Positions 30,086 to 38,940 of a stretch of DNA of 64,000 nt are shown piece by piece. Numbering within the stretch: position 1 is the stretch's first letter; every line of letters begins with the position of its first letter. Position numbers and translations under genes: made by a program. Below the pieces are notes generated by a model. That model did not search any database. It was not told the DNA's origin and saw only the letters and a program-made list of their open reading frames with translations. The stretch comes from Candidatus Heimdallarchaeota archaeon (GTDB lineage: Archaea > Asgardarchaeota > Heimdallarchaeia > Heimdallarchaeales > Heimdallarchaeaceae), in NCBI GenBank assembly GCA_030603365.1, contig JAUVXV010000002.1:128001-192000 (forward strand), given 5' to 3'.

Positions 30086-31936
30086 TTGAGAAACAGAGAT
30101 CCTTTCCTAAAGCCTTTCAGAAAACTAACTATAACAGATGATTTTTGGACATCCATCCTATCAAATCTAATTCAAAGTTCATATCACTCCAAACAGCTGT
30201 TTGACTATGTGATGGACACACCTCTTGATAAGAAAATAAGTTTTGAAGAACCTACTAGAGATTCCATTCCTTCCGATTTATTTTCCTTGAATGAAACACA
30301 TTCTTTTGAATCACTTACTCCTTTTCATCTTTCTTTTTTCAGTAAGTCTCAAGTTTTCAGTAAGAAGATGGGACAATTTTTCACTCCTTCTTATATTTCT
30401 GATTTTATAGCAGAAAATACTCTCTCATACTTCATTGAAATAAACAACATTACATATTTAGAACAAGAATTACCTAACATTACAATTGCTGATATTGCAG
30501 CTGGAACTGGAAATTTGCTTATATCTACTCTATATGCTATTTTAAAGAGATTACAACCATTCGTAAATACTGGGAGAAAAGTCTTTCATAATTTCCTTTC
30601 TGAAAATATTTATGCTTTCGATCTTGATCCATTTACATTATTTATCCAGAAGCTGAGAGTGCTATTTTTTTCTTCTCTCTTTCTACCTGAATTTGATTTA
30701 CCCAATCTTGAAAATAATTTTTGTATAGGAAATTCATTACTAGATGATGATTCGTTAGTTGATAAATCAACATCTACTGCATTTAAACCTTTGAGAATCT
30801 TAAGTAAAGAAAAATCGATTAAATTTGATCTTATTGTTTCTAATCCTCCCTATATGTCCTATGGTCTTCGGGATGCTCAGAAATATCATCCTGAATTCAA
30901 ACATTTTCTTAGAACTAGATTCTTATCTTCTGAATACAAATTAAGTCTTTATCCCATATTTATTGAAAGGTCCTTGGAACTTCTAAATGAAAAAGGTGTC
31001 TTGGGGATAATCACTCCTGATTCTCATCTATTAGGAAGATATTATTCTAAAATTCGTTCATATATATTGAATAACTCAAACCTTCTAGATATCTCGTTAC
31101 TAGGATTTGAACCATTCAAAGGGGTAACACTAGGAAGACCAACTATTACCTTCTATAGTAAAAACTCTGGAACCAGACGAGAAAAGATCCCAGATTCTTT
31201 TCCAGCTAGATGGTTTCCATCGCTCACATCTTTTTTGGAACAAGAATGGGAAGATTTCCCAAATTCTCAGACAGATTTTCTCAAAAGTGAATACAATCGA
31301 TTTTATTTGTATTTTAATTTACAAGATAAAGAGTATGTAGAGAAATGGAAAGAAAAAGCGAAGAGAAAATTGAATGATATGGTCACTATACACACTGGGG
31401 TTAGATCTAAGGTAGGGCAGAAGAATATCGTGGGTAAAATAAAGAAGGGAGACAGCTGGAAAGAAGGAATTATTTCTGGACGTCAGATTCGTCCCTTCCA
31501 AATAGAATATCAGAATGATTGGATTAACGTAACTCCTTCAATCCTTTGGTCTGGAGGTTTTAACAAGGAAATAGTTGAAAAACCTAAAATCGTTCTTAGA
31601 CAGACTGGATATAATATTATTGCAGCTGTTGATGAGAAAGGATATTATCATCTGAATAATTGTCATTCTGTTTCTCCAAAAGATTCTTCATTGAATCTAT
31701 ATGCACTTGCAACTCAATTAAATTCTCAGGAATTTAACAAAGTTTATGGCATCTTGAGTATTGAAAGAGGAAGATCCCTTGCTCAGATAGATATAGATTT
31801 CCTTCTTAATCTTCCAATCATTACAACTACTAAAGGGCAGGAAATAATTTTAGAAGAATTTTATCGAGAGCAGAATAGAAGACAATTACAAAATCAAATT
31901 GTTGAAGAGTATGTATTACTTGATTTTCTTGAATAA
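30086..31936 (+). CDS. N6-adenine DNA methyltransferase (gamma class, TaqI/Eco57I-like) with C-terminal specificity domain
   Basis: GQFFTP, motif I DIAAGTG, motif IV NPPY, FIERSLELLNEKGVLGIITP, TaqI_C-like KPKIVLRQT. Confidence 0.88.
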   Translation: MRNRDPFLKPFRKLTITDDFWTSILSNLIQSSYHSKQLFDYVMDTPLDKKISFEEPTRDSIPSDLFSLNETHSFESLTPFHLSFFSKSQVFSKKMGQFFTPSYISDFIAENTLSYFIEINNITYLEQELPNITIADIAAGTGNLLISTLYAILKRLQPFVNTGRKVFHNFLSENIYAFDLDPFTLFIQKLRVLFFSSLFLPEFDLPNLENNFCIGNSLLDDDSLVDKSTSTAFKPLRILSKEKSIKFDLIVSNPPYMSYGLRDAQKYHPEFKHFLRTRFLSSEYKLSLYPIFIERSLELLNEKGVLGIITPDSHLLGRYYSKIRSYILNNSNLLDISLLGFEPFKGVTLGRPTITFYSKNSGTRREKIPDSFPARWFPSLTSFLEQEWEDFPNSQTDFLKSEYNRFYLYFNLQDKEYVEKWKEKAKRKLNDMVTIHTGVRSKVGQKNIVGKIKKGDSWKEGIISGRQIRPFQIEYQNDWINVTPSILWSGGFNKEIVEKPKIVLRQTGYNIIAAVDEKGYYHLNNCHSVSPKDSSLNLYALATQLNSQEFNKVYGILSIERGRSLAQIDIDFLLNLPIITTTKGQEIILEEFYREQNRRQLQNQIVEEYVLLDFLE

Positions 31937-31992
31937 CCCCCAACGTTACATGGAACATTTTAAATAATTTATATATTGGGATGATGTAAGCA

Positions 31993-32799
31993 GTGGTGAC
32001 TTTGAAAGTACAATTACAAAAGGAATACGATGTCCTCTGTCAAGCAGTAAAAAAAGCACGTGATGCGTTGCTTGATATTGTACAAAATGGTTTTGAAAAA
32101 TCTTTTAAAAAAAATGATGATCCTGTCACCACAGGCGATCTTACGGTCAATTCTATTCTCCAAGAAGAACTATCACAAGCTTTTCCTGAGATAGGTTGGC
32201 TTTCTGAAGAAACTAAGGATAATCCAGAAAGATTGGAAAAAAATAAGGTATGGATCGTAGATCCAATCGATGGAACAAAAGAATTCATTGAAAGTATACC
32301 CGAGTATGCAATATCTGTTGCTCTTGTTGAAAATGGTAAGCCAGTAGTTGGTGTTGTATTAAACCCATTGAAGGATGAACTTTATACTGCTGTCAAAGGG
32401 GGAGGAGCATTCCTTAACGGTAAACCCATTCATGTCAATTCAACATTGAATAATAGACCACTAATCGTAGCCAGTAGATCAGAAAACAAACGTGGTGAAT
32501 GGGAGGAATTCAAAGAAGAAGCTGAAGTTATTCCTACTGGATCCATCGCTTTCAAATTAGCTCTAGTAGCTTCTGGTCAAGCTGATGCAACATTTAGTTT
32601 AAGTCCAAAACATGAATGGGATTTTGCAGCAGGGCATCTGATTGTTGAAGAAGCTGGAGGGGTTGTTTCAGACAAATATGGTGAGAGTTTTATATTCAAT
32701 CAAGCAAACACCCTTGTCAATTCAATTGTAGGTACATCCAAAGTAGCTTCAAGTAAGATATTTGAAATGATTGAGAAATCGAGGAATAAAAATGGTTGA
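31993..32799 (+). CDS. cysQ: 3'(2'),5'-bisphosphate nucleotidase (CysQ / inositol monophosphatase family)
   Basis: DPVTTGD, LSEE, WIVDPIDGTKEF, EWDFAAG; coupled to sat-cysC. Confidence 0.9.
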   Translation: MVTLKVQLQKEYDVLCQAVKKARDALLDIVQNGFEKSFKKNDDPVTTGDLTVNSILQEELSQAFPEIGWLSEETKDNPERLEKNKVWIVDPIDGTKEFIESIPEYAISVALVENGKPVVGVVLNPLKDELYTAVKGGGAFLNGKPIHVNSTLNNRPLIVASRSENKRGEWEEFKEEAEVIPTGSIAFKLALVASGQADATFSLSPKHEWDFAAGHLIVEEAGGVVSDKYGESFIFNQANTLVNSIVGTSKVASSKIFEMIEKSRNKNG

Positions 32800-34522
32800 A
32801 CAAAATGGATTAATCTCTCCTCATGGTGGAGAATTAGTTGACCTATTAATTATAGATGAAAAAGAACGATATGATCTTGTTGAAAGGGCTAAAACTCTAG
32901 TTAAATTGGAATTAACAGAAAGAGTCTTAGCAGATCTTGAATGTATTGCGACTGGAGTCTATTCACCTCTCAAAGGGTTCACAGGAGAGGAAGACTATAA
33001 CAGTATTATCAAAGACATGAAATTGGCAGATGGAACAGTCTGGCCAGTTCCAATCACTTTACAAGTTGAAGAAAACTTTGCAAGTAAAGTGAAAGTCGGA
33101 GATGAAATTGCTTTAACATGGGAAGATACACACTTAGCAATACTAAAAATTTCAAGCATTTACACACCTGATAAAAAGAAGGAAGCAGTAAGTGTTTATG
33201 GTACTGATGAAAGTGAACATCCAGGAGTTGCAGCAGTTTATCAAGGAGGAAGTGTCTATTTAGGAGGAGAGATAATTGTTTTCGAAGATCTTCCACATAA
33301 ATTCTTTAATGAATATAGGTTCACACCTAGAATAACTAGACAGATATTCTCTGAAAAAGGGTGGAAAACAGTTGTTGCATTCCAAACCAGAAATCCAATT
33401 CATAGAGCACATGAACATCTTCAGAAAATAGCTTTAGAATTAGTTGATGGATTATTTGTTAACCCACTTGTTGGTGCAACCAAAAAGGATGATATTCCTC
33501 ATCAAGTTAGAATGGAAACCTATAACGTAATTTTGAACAATTATTATCCTCATGACAGAACTTTTCTTGGAGTTTATCCTGCTAATATGCGGTATGCTGG
33601 TCCTAAGGAAGCTATCCTACATGCAATCAGCAGACAAAATTACGGTTGCTCACACATGATTATCGGAAGAGACCATGCAGGTGTAGGTAAATATTATGGT
33701 ACGTACGATGCTCAGACAATTTTTGATCAATTTTCTAAAGAAGAACTAGCTATCACTCCATTAAAATTCGAACATGCGTTTTACTGTAAATTATGCGAGC
33801 AGATGGTTACTAAACGAACTTGTCCTCACTCAAACGAAGCTCATGTTTTCTTATCTGGAACCAAAGTTAGAGAGATGCTTACAAACAATGAGATGCTTCC
33901 CCGGGAATTCACTCGTCCAGAGGTAGCTATGATACTCATTGATTCTGTTAATAATAAACGAAGAGCAAATGAACAAAAAGGAGTTACTATGCTCTTCACT
34001 GGGTTATCTGGTTCAGGAAAGACAACAATCTCTAAAACAGTTGCTGAAGAGCTAAAGAAACGAGGGTATAAGACCGAAAGACTGGATGCAGATATCGTTA
34101 GACAAAATCTAAGTAAAGGTCTGGGATTCAGTAAAGAAGATCGTGATGAAAATATCAGAAGAGTAGGTTTTGTTTGCCATTTAATGAGCAGAAATGGAAT
34201 TTTTGCATTAATGGCTAACATTGCGCCATATATTTCCGTCCGTGAAGAAATCAGGCAAAGAATTGGAGAATTTATTGAAGTCTATGTTAAATGTCCTCTT
34301 GAAGACTGTGAGAGACGTGATCTCAAAGGTTTATACGCAAAGGCCCGTGCAGGTGAAATTAAAGGATTTACTGGTGTAGACGATCCTTATGAGGAACCTC
34401 AAGCTCCTGAAGTTATCTGTGAAACTGATAAAGAAAGTATTGAAGAAAGTGTACAGAAAGTCTTAGACACGATGGAACAATTAGGATATATTCAACCAAT
34501 AAAGGTTTATGATCCTAACTGA
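32792..34522 (+). CDS. sat: Bifunctional sulfate adenylyltransferase / adenylylsulfate kinase (Sat-CysC, PAPS synthase)
   Basis: PHGG, QTRNPIHRAHE, GRDHAG; C-terminal kinase TGLSGSGKTT, KGLYAKARAGEIKGFTG. Start placed at ATG 32792 (MVEQ) rather than TTG 32771. Confidence 0.95.
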   Translation: MVEQNGLISPHGGELVDLLIIDEKERYDLVERAKTLVKLELTERVLADLECIATGVYSPLKGFTGEEDYNSIIKDMKLADGTVWPVPITLQVEENFASKVKVGDEIALTWEDTHLAILKISSIYTPDKKKEAVSVYGTDESEHPGVAAVYQGGSVYLGGEIIVFEDLPHKFFNEYRFTPRITRQIFSEKGWKTVVAFQTRNPIHRAHEHLQKIALELVDGLFVNPLVGATKKDDIPHQVRMETYNVILNNYYPHDRTFLGVYPANMRYAGPKEAILHAISRQNYGCSHMIIGRDHAGVGKYYGTYDAQTIFDQFSKEELAITPLKFEHAFYCKLCEQMVTKRTCPHSNEAHVFLSGTKVREMLTNNEMLPREFTRPEVAMILIDSVNNKRRANEQKGVTMLFTGLSGSGKTTISKTVAEELKKRGYKTERLDADIVRQNLSKGLGFSKEDRDENIRRVGFVCHLMSRNGIFALMANIAPYISVREEIRQRIGEFIEVYVKCPLEDCERRDLKGLYAKARAGEIKGFTGVDDPYEEPQAPEVICETDKESIEESVQKVLDTMEQLGYIQPIKVYDPN

Positions 34523-34878
34523 TTTTCCTTTTTTTCCTCTTCTAGAAATATTTTTATCAAATCTCTAGCGATAAATATTGCAGATTCCTTGAATTTGTTC
34601 GGATCTCTATAAAATCCCCATTTTATTAGCAATATATTATCTATCCATGTAAAAATTGTTGGATGAAATAATTCATATAAATGAGTAATTTTTTCAACAT
34701 TAATACCATAATCTTGATTTAAAGCTAAAGCTATTTCTTCAGTTAAGGTTTTAGCTATTTTGTTGATTTTGGCTTCAGATCGATAAAGATCCCACCCTTC
34801 TCTAATAACTGACTCAATCCAGTTTATTAGAATTTCATGAATACTTTCCCAGATGTGTATAGTTTCATATTGCAACAT
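34507..34878 (-). CDS. Hypothetical protein made of two 58-aa internal repeats
   Basis: Ungapped self-alignment at offset 58: H8/H66, E11/E69, H14/H72, W20/W78, W29/W87, Y32/Y90, R33/R91, K37/K95, A42/A100. Confidence 0.7.
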   Translation of the reverse strand: MLQYETIHIWESIHEILINWIESVIREGWDLYRSEAKINKIAKTLTEEIALALNQDYGINVEKITHLYELFHPTIFTWIDNILLIKWGFYRDPNKFKESAIFIARDLIKIFLEEEKKENQLGS

Positions 34879-34998
34879 TTTTGAATGCCTTCTTTCAATA
34901 TTCTAGTTCTAGTTATTACATATGATATATTGCTAATTTGAGTTTGCCAAATTATTGGAATTAAGTTTTTTGAAATGATTTCTATTCGCTTCAGGCTT

Positions 34999-35193
34999 CT
35001 ACTTCTTTTTCTTTACTTTCATTAGTAATATTTTTCCATCTTCAAACAGTATCCACCTTAATTTGTCACCATTTTTCAATCCAAGTTCATCAACTATTTC
35101 TTTTGGAACCGTTGTTCTTCTTCTACTTTCTCTAATGGTTAGTGAGGTTTCGGATATGAAAATTACTTCATCTATGTTTATCTCTGTCATCAA
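34999..35193 (-). CDS. AbrB/MazE/SpoVT-family DNA-binding protein
   Basis: RRTTVPKEIVDELGLKNGDKLRW swapped-hairpin signature. Confidence 0.85.
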   Translation of the reverse strand: MMTEINIDEVIFISETSLTIRESRRRTTVPKEIVDELGLKNGDKLRWILFEDGKILLMKVKKKK

Positions 35194-35223
35194 GTTTTGC
35201 TATTTATAGGACTATTTAAGACT

Positions 35224-35238
35224 TTGGTATCATACCAA
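35224..35238. promoter_or_regulatory. Palindromic operator candidate TTGGT-N5-ACCAA, site 1
   Basis: TTGGTATCATACCAA, a perfect inverted repeat just upstream of the abrB-like TATA-like element. Confidence 0.55.
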
Positions 35239-35332
35239 TATTTATGGTTATTTAACAAGGATGTAATGTATCTATAGACCTTGTTTAAACATATATACGT
35301 GCCAAATGAAATCTTATTGTATTCCAAGGGTA

Positions 35333-35347
35333 TTGGTTTAACACCAA
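35333..35347. promoter_or_regulatory. Palindromic operator candidate TTGGT-N5-ACCAA, site 2
   Basis: TTGGTTTAACACCAA, immediately 5' of TTTTTATA (35349-35356) ahead of tauE. Confidence 0.55.
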
Positions 35348-35394
35348 ATTTTTATAGAAGACAAAAATTCTATTCTTCGAAGGATCTGAGAAAT

Positions 35395-36336
35395 GTGACA
35401 GATGTACAAACTTTTACTATTGGTATATACATTCTCTTTGCTTTCTTAGCACTAATCTGTGAGTATATTGATAGTGCTTTAGGTGGAGGTTATGGCACTC
35501 TCTTGGTTCCTCTGATGATGATTCTTTTCAACGTTCCTAAAGCATTACTTATTCCTGCTGTGCTATTTTCAGAAATCATCACAGGATTTAGTTCAGCTTA
35601 TCTCCATCACCGCATGGGAAATGCGAATTTTGAAATAAAGAGAAATAGTAGTAAAGCAAGTACAAAAACGAAAGCTTTCAAGTTTTCTAACCTTGAAAAA
35701 CCAAATGATCAAATTATTAAAACACAAAATTATCAAAACGGTATTTCCAAAAAAACAAAAGTTTTTTTTCATAATTTCACACTATCAGAAGATTTTCAAA
35801 TCGCTTTTATTCTTGGATTTTTAGGAATAATTGGAGGTATTATCGCCGCGTTTGTTGGTTTGAATATTTCTGATACTGCCGTAAGAACCTATATTGGAAT
35901 TTTAGTTATAATCGTTGGAATAATAGTTTTAATAAGATTAAAATGGAAGTTTTCTTGGTGGAAAATTTCTGGAATAGGACTACTAGCAGCTTTTAATAAA
36001 GGTCTTTCAGGAGGTGGTTATGGGCCACTAATTTCTTCAGGGCAAATTATTGTTGACAGAGATCCTCGTCAAGCTGTAGCTTCTACATCACTTTCTGAAG
36101 CAATTGTCTGTATTGCTTCTTTAGTGATTTATCTTACTGTAGGAAGTGTTGTATTGAATAGTGATTATTGGTTTTTGTTAATCGCACTGTTAATAGGTTC
36201 GCTTCTCTCTGTACCTTTTGCTGTTTTAACAGTAAAATATCTTCCAATTAAGAAATTACAGCCTACAATCGGAGGAATGACAGTATTACTAGGAATTTTC
36301 ATGTTATTGAAAGCATATCTTCCTGCGTTTTCTTAA
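35395..36336 (+). CDS. TauE/SafE (TSUP) family sulfur-oxyanion transporter
   Basis: EYIDSALGGGYGTLLVP and NKGLSGGGYGP repeats. Start moved to GTG 35395, downstream of the TATA box; the track gives 35281. Confidence 0.88.
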   Translation: MTDVQTFTIGIYILFAFLALICEYIDSALGGGYGTLLVPLMMILFNVPKALLIPAVLFSEIITGFSSAYLHHRMGNANFEIKRNSSKASTKTKAFKFSNLEKPNDQIIKTQNYQNGISKKTKVFFHNFTLSEDFQIAFILGFLGIIGGIIAAFVGLNISDTAVRTYIGILVIIVGIIVLIRLKWKFSWWKISGIGLLAAFNKGLSGGGYGPLISSGQIIVDRDPRQAVASTSLSEAIVCIASLVIYLTVGSVVLNSDYWFLLIALLIGSLLSVPFAVLTVKYLPIKKLQPTIGGMTVLLGIFMLLKAYLPAFS

Positions 36337-36391
36337 TGAAATCTTACTCTGTCTAGAAAATGGATTTTACTTTCTATTTACTAGTTATCTT

Positions 36392-37273
36392 CTACGCTCC
36401 CCATTTTAGAATTGTTGAAACTAGAGTAAAGATTGCTATTAGCAATAATGCTATCCCAATAATAAGAAAAATATATCTTGTTTTCACTTTACCTTTCAGA
36501 AAATTCCCAATTGAAGCTCCTACTACCATTGAAATTGTTAAGGTTAGTACTAACCACCAATCAATAGGTAAGTTTCCTCTTGCTATGTAAGTTATCCCAG
36601 TTGCTAGAACCTTTATTACAATTACAAAGAGAGATGTTCCTGATGCTACCAATGGAGAAAATCCAAAGAGTAATATGAAAATAGGTACTTGAAGCCACCC
36701 ACCACTTACTCCAAAGAATCCTGTAATTAGACCAATTGATAAACCAATTAGAAAAGCTAAAGAAAGACTAACTTGGTATTCAAATTCTCCGTTTTTAATT
36801 TTCAATACTGGAGGTAAAGAGTTTAGCTTTGACCATATCTTCTTTTCTGTACTTTCTAAAACACTAGTATTTTCAGTCTCTTTTTTCTTTTTATTTTCTT
36901 GAAAAACCATCAAAAGCATCCTTAACCCAAATATGAATGCAATCACACTTATGAATGAAACAATCACAATTTCATATATTGATTCTAGTCCTATAGCGCC
37001 TAGAATTGCCCCAATGGTTGAGGGAACAACAAAAATAAGACCTAATTTCCAATCAACTTCTTTCCTTCTCCAAGCTCCTATTGTTCCTACTAAAACTGGA
37101 AGAATAAGTGATAAAATAACAGAAACAATTACAATTTCTTCAGCACCAGGATAGAAAAAGAGTATTAAAAATGGAACTAAAAACACTCCTCCACTAAATC
37201 CTGATATATTCCCAACAATACTAATTACAAATGCAATTATTCCAATAATCGCATAAAATTCAGTGGGAAGCAT
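36392..37273 (-). CDS. TauE/SafE (TSUP) family transporter
   Basis: ISGFSGGVFLVP, VDWKLG, FFGVSGGWLQVP, ASGTSLF. Confidence 0.88.
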   Translation of the reverse strand: MLPTEFYAIIGIIAFVISIVGNISGFSGGVFLVPFLILFFYPGAEEIVIVSVILSLILPVLVGTIGAWRRKEVDWKLGLIFVVPSTIGAILGAIGLESIYEIVIVSFISVIAFIFGLRMLLMVFQENKKKKETENTSVLESTEKKIWSKLNSLPPVLKIKNGEFEYQVSLSLAFLIGLSIGLITGFFGVSGGWLQVPIFILLFGFSPLVASGTSLFVIVIKVLATGITYIARGNLPIDWWLVLTLTISMVVGASIGNFLKGKVKTRYIFLIIGIALLLIAIFTLVSTILKWGA

Positions 37274-37317
37274 ATCATTGAAAGATAGAAAATATCTTTT
37301 AAGTTTATGTTTGAGAC

Positions 37318-38778
37318 CTAGTTTTCATCAGAACGCAGTTCTATAATCTCACAAATCGCTTTCTTAATGTTTTGAACTGCTCCGCTTCTAAAGAACTTCT
37401 CAGAATCTGCTGGCTTTACATCCTTATTATGCAATAGTGAAATTAATTCTTTTGCTTTTTCAACCTTTATTGCAGTATTATTATCGATTAAATCTTCCAT
37501 ATAGTCAATTCCTGGTAAATCAACTAAGAGAGTTTTTACACCAAAACTCAAGCCTTCAAACAATGCTGTAGAATATACACCTATCTGTATTTCTGATTCA
37601 GCAAACAATTTGTAAAGAGGTTTTCCCAGATGGTCTACGATTTGTATATTACTCTCAGCCAACCAAGGATAATCTTCATACCAAAAATCAGCTTCAAACG
37701 GATGCAATTTATATAGAATCTTATAATCAAATTTCCTTATTTTGCTTAGTTCAACCGCAAATCTAGAAAGTTGTTCCCCTATAGTCTTTTGGGATATGAA
37801 AAGTATTTGTTTCTTCTTTTTGATATTCTTATATCTCTTTTTCTTGTGTTCAAATTCTGGGTAACCTACACTGAAGATGTGATCCTTTTCTATTGGGTAA
37901 GACACTGAATCTTTCCAATAATTTCCAAAAGTAAGAAGGTAATCTGGAAAAGTATATTTAACTGCATTCTTTTTCTCATAAGAGTATCCAACATGATATT
38001 TAGTAATCACTCCATGCTGTATCTCTGCAACTGGTATTTTCTTGATTTTACATGCTTCAATGAAATCCTCTTTACCATAACTACATACAACTATAACCAC
38101 TTTTGGTTTTATCCTATCTAGTATTTTAAAGAAATATGGTAGACTCCTCTTTCTTTTAGTAAGAATATGAGTTGTTAAGAAAACAAGATCAATTGATAGC
38201 TTAAATCTTGTTTTTATTGTTTGAGAGAGTTTTCGAAGATAAATTATTTCCTCATCTGTCAGTTTAACTCTAGAAAGTTTCAGATATCTTTTCATATCTA
38301 CTAGAAAGTCAATATAAGTTGTGTATAGTAGATTCTTAGTTTTAACTGGCTTTCTATACTTGAAAAATAAATCTCCTTCCAAAGATATAGCGGAATAATC
38401 TAGTTTTTCTATGAAATAGTCTGTATAGATATCCCACCATAGATTGTCTTCTTGAAGCTTTCTTCGAGTACTACTCAAGATGAGGACATCATGTTGTTTG
38501 GCCAACAGTGGATTTCTCTTAAATCTGAAGAAAGTAAGGAAATAATTCCTAAACTTGAGCAAATAAGTACTTATACTCCTCTCTTTTGGAGGTTTCTTTA
38601 TTCTAGGATCTTTGTCTTGATCAATGAGTGTCTTTTGGAATGTTCTTTGAAAAACTGTAAACCTTATACGTTCCCAGAAAAAAACATCATCTATTTTTCT
38701 TTCAAATAAACCTAAATCTTGTTCGAATCTAAGGAATTTGTTGTAAAGAGATTTGAGTGATTGTTTAGATTTGCTCAT
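37318..38778 (-). CDS. GT-B fold capsule-biosynthesis protein; candidate nonulosonate (sialyl-like) or polyol-phosphate transferase
   Basis: EIQHG, FGNYW, GYP, FISQ, KLHPFE (HP motif), YSTALFEG. Confidence 0.6.
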   Translation of the reverse strand: MSKSKQSLKSLYNKFLRFEQDLGLFERKIDDVFFWERIRFTVFQRTFQKTLIDQDKDPRIKKPPKERSISTYLLKFRNYFLTFFRFKRNPLLAKQHDVLILSSTRRKLQEDNLWWDIYTDYFIEKLDYSAISLEGDLFFKYRKPVKTKNLLYTTYIDFLVDMKRYLKLSRVKLTDEEIIYLRKLSQTIKTRFKLSIDLVFLTTHILTKRKRSLPYFFKILDRIKPKVVIVVCSYGKEDFIEACKIKKIPVAEIQHGVITKYHVGYSYEKKNAVKYTFPDYLLTFGNYWKDSVSYPIEKDHIFSVGYPEFEHKKKRYKNIKKKKQILFISQKTIGEQLSRFAVELSKIRKFDYKILYKLHPFEADFWYEDYPWLAESNIQIVDHLGKPLYKLFAESEIQIGVYSTALFEGLSFGVKTLLVDLPGIDYMEDLIDNNTAIKVEKAKELISLLHNKDVKPADSEKFFRSGAVQNIKKAICEIIELRSDEN

Positions 38779-38940
38779 TGGTCAAAATAGACATTCGATG
38801 ACACAATATTAATTTATCGATTAAATTTCGCAGATATATGACTGATCTTGAAAATTTCTCCTACCCATAGCAACAGAATTTTCTTCTTTAATCATTTGAT
38901 TAAATAGATTTAAAAACATCTTCCAAGATTTGATTCAGAA

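Noticed and set aside
31993-34522. Dissimilatory sulfate reduction
   Set aside because: Sat is fused to APS kinase and paired with CysQ; no aprAB, qmo or dsr genes are present.
34507-35193. AbrB/MazE-type toxin-antitoxin pair
   Set aside because: The downstream ORF has no PIN, MazF or RelE features and is separated by 120 bp. Not excluded, but unsupported.
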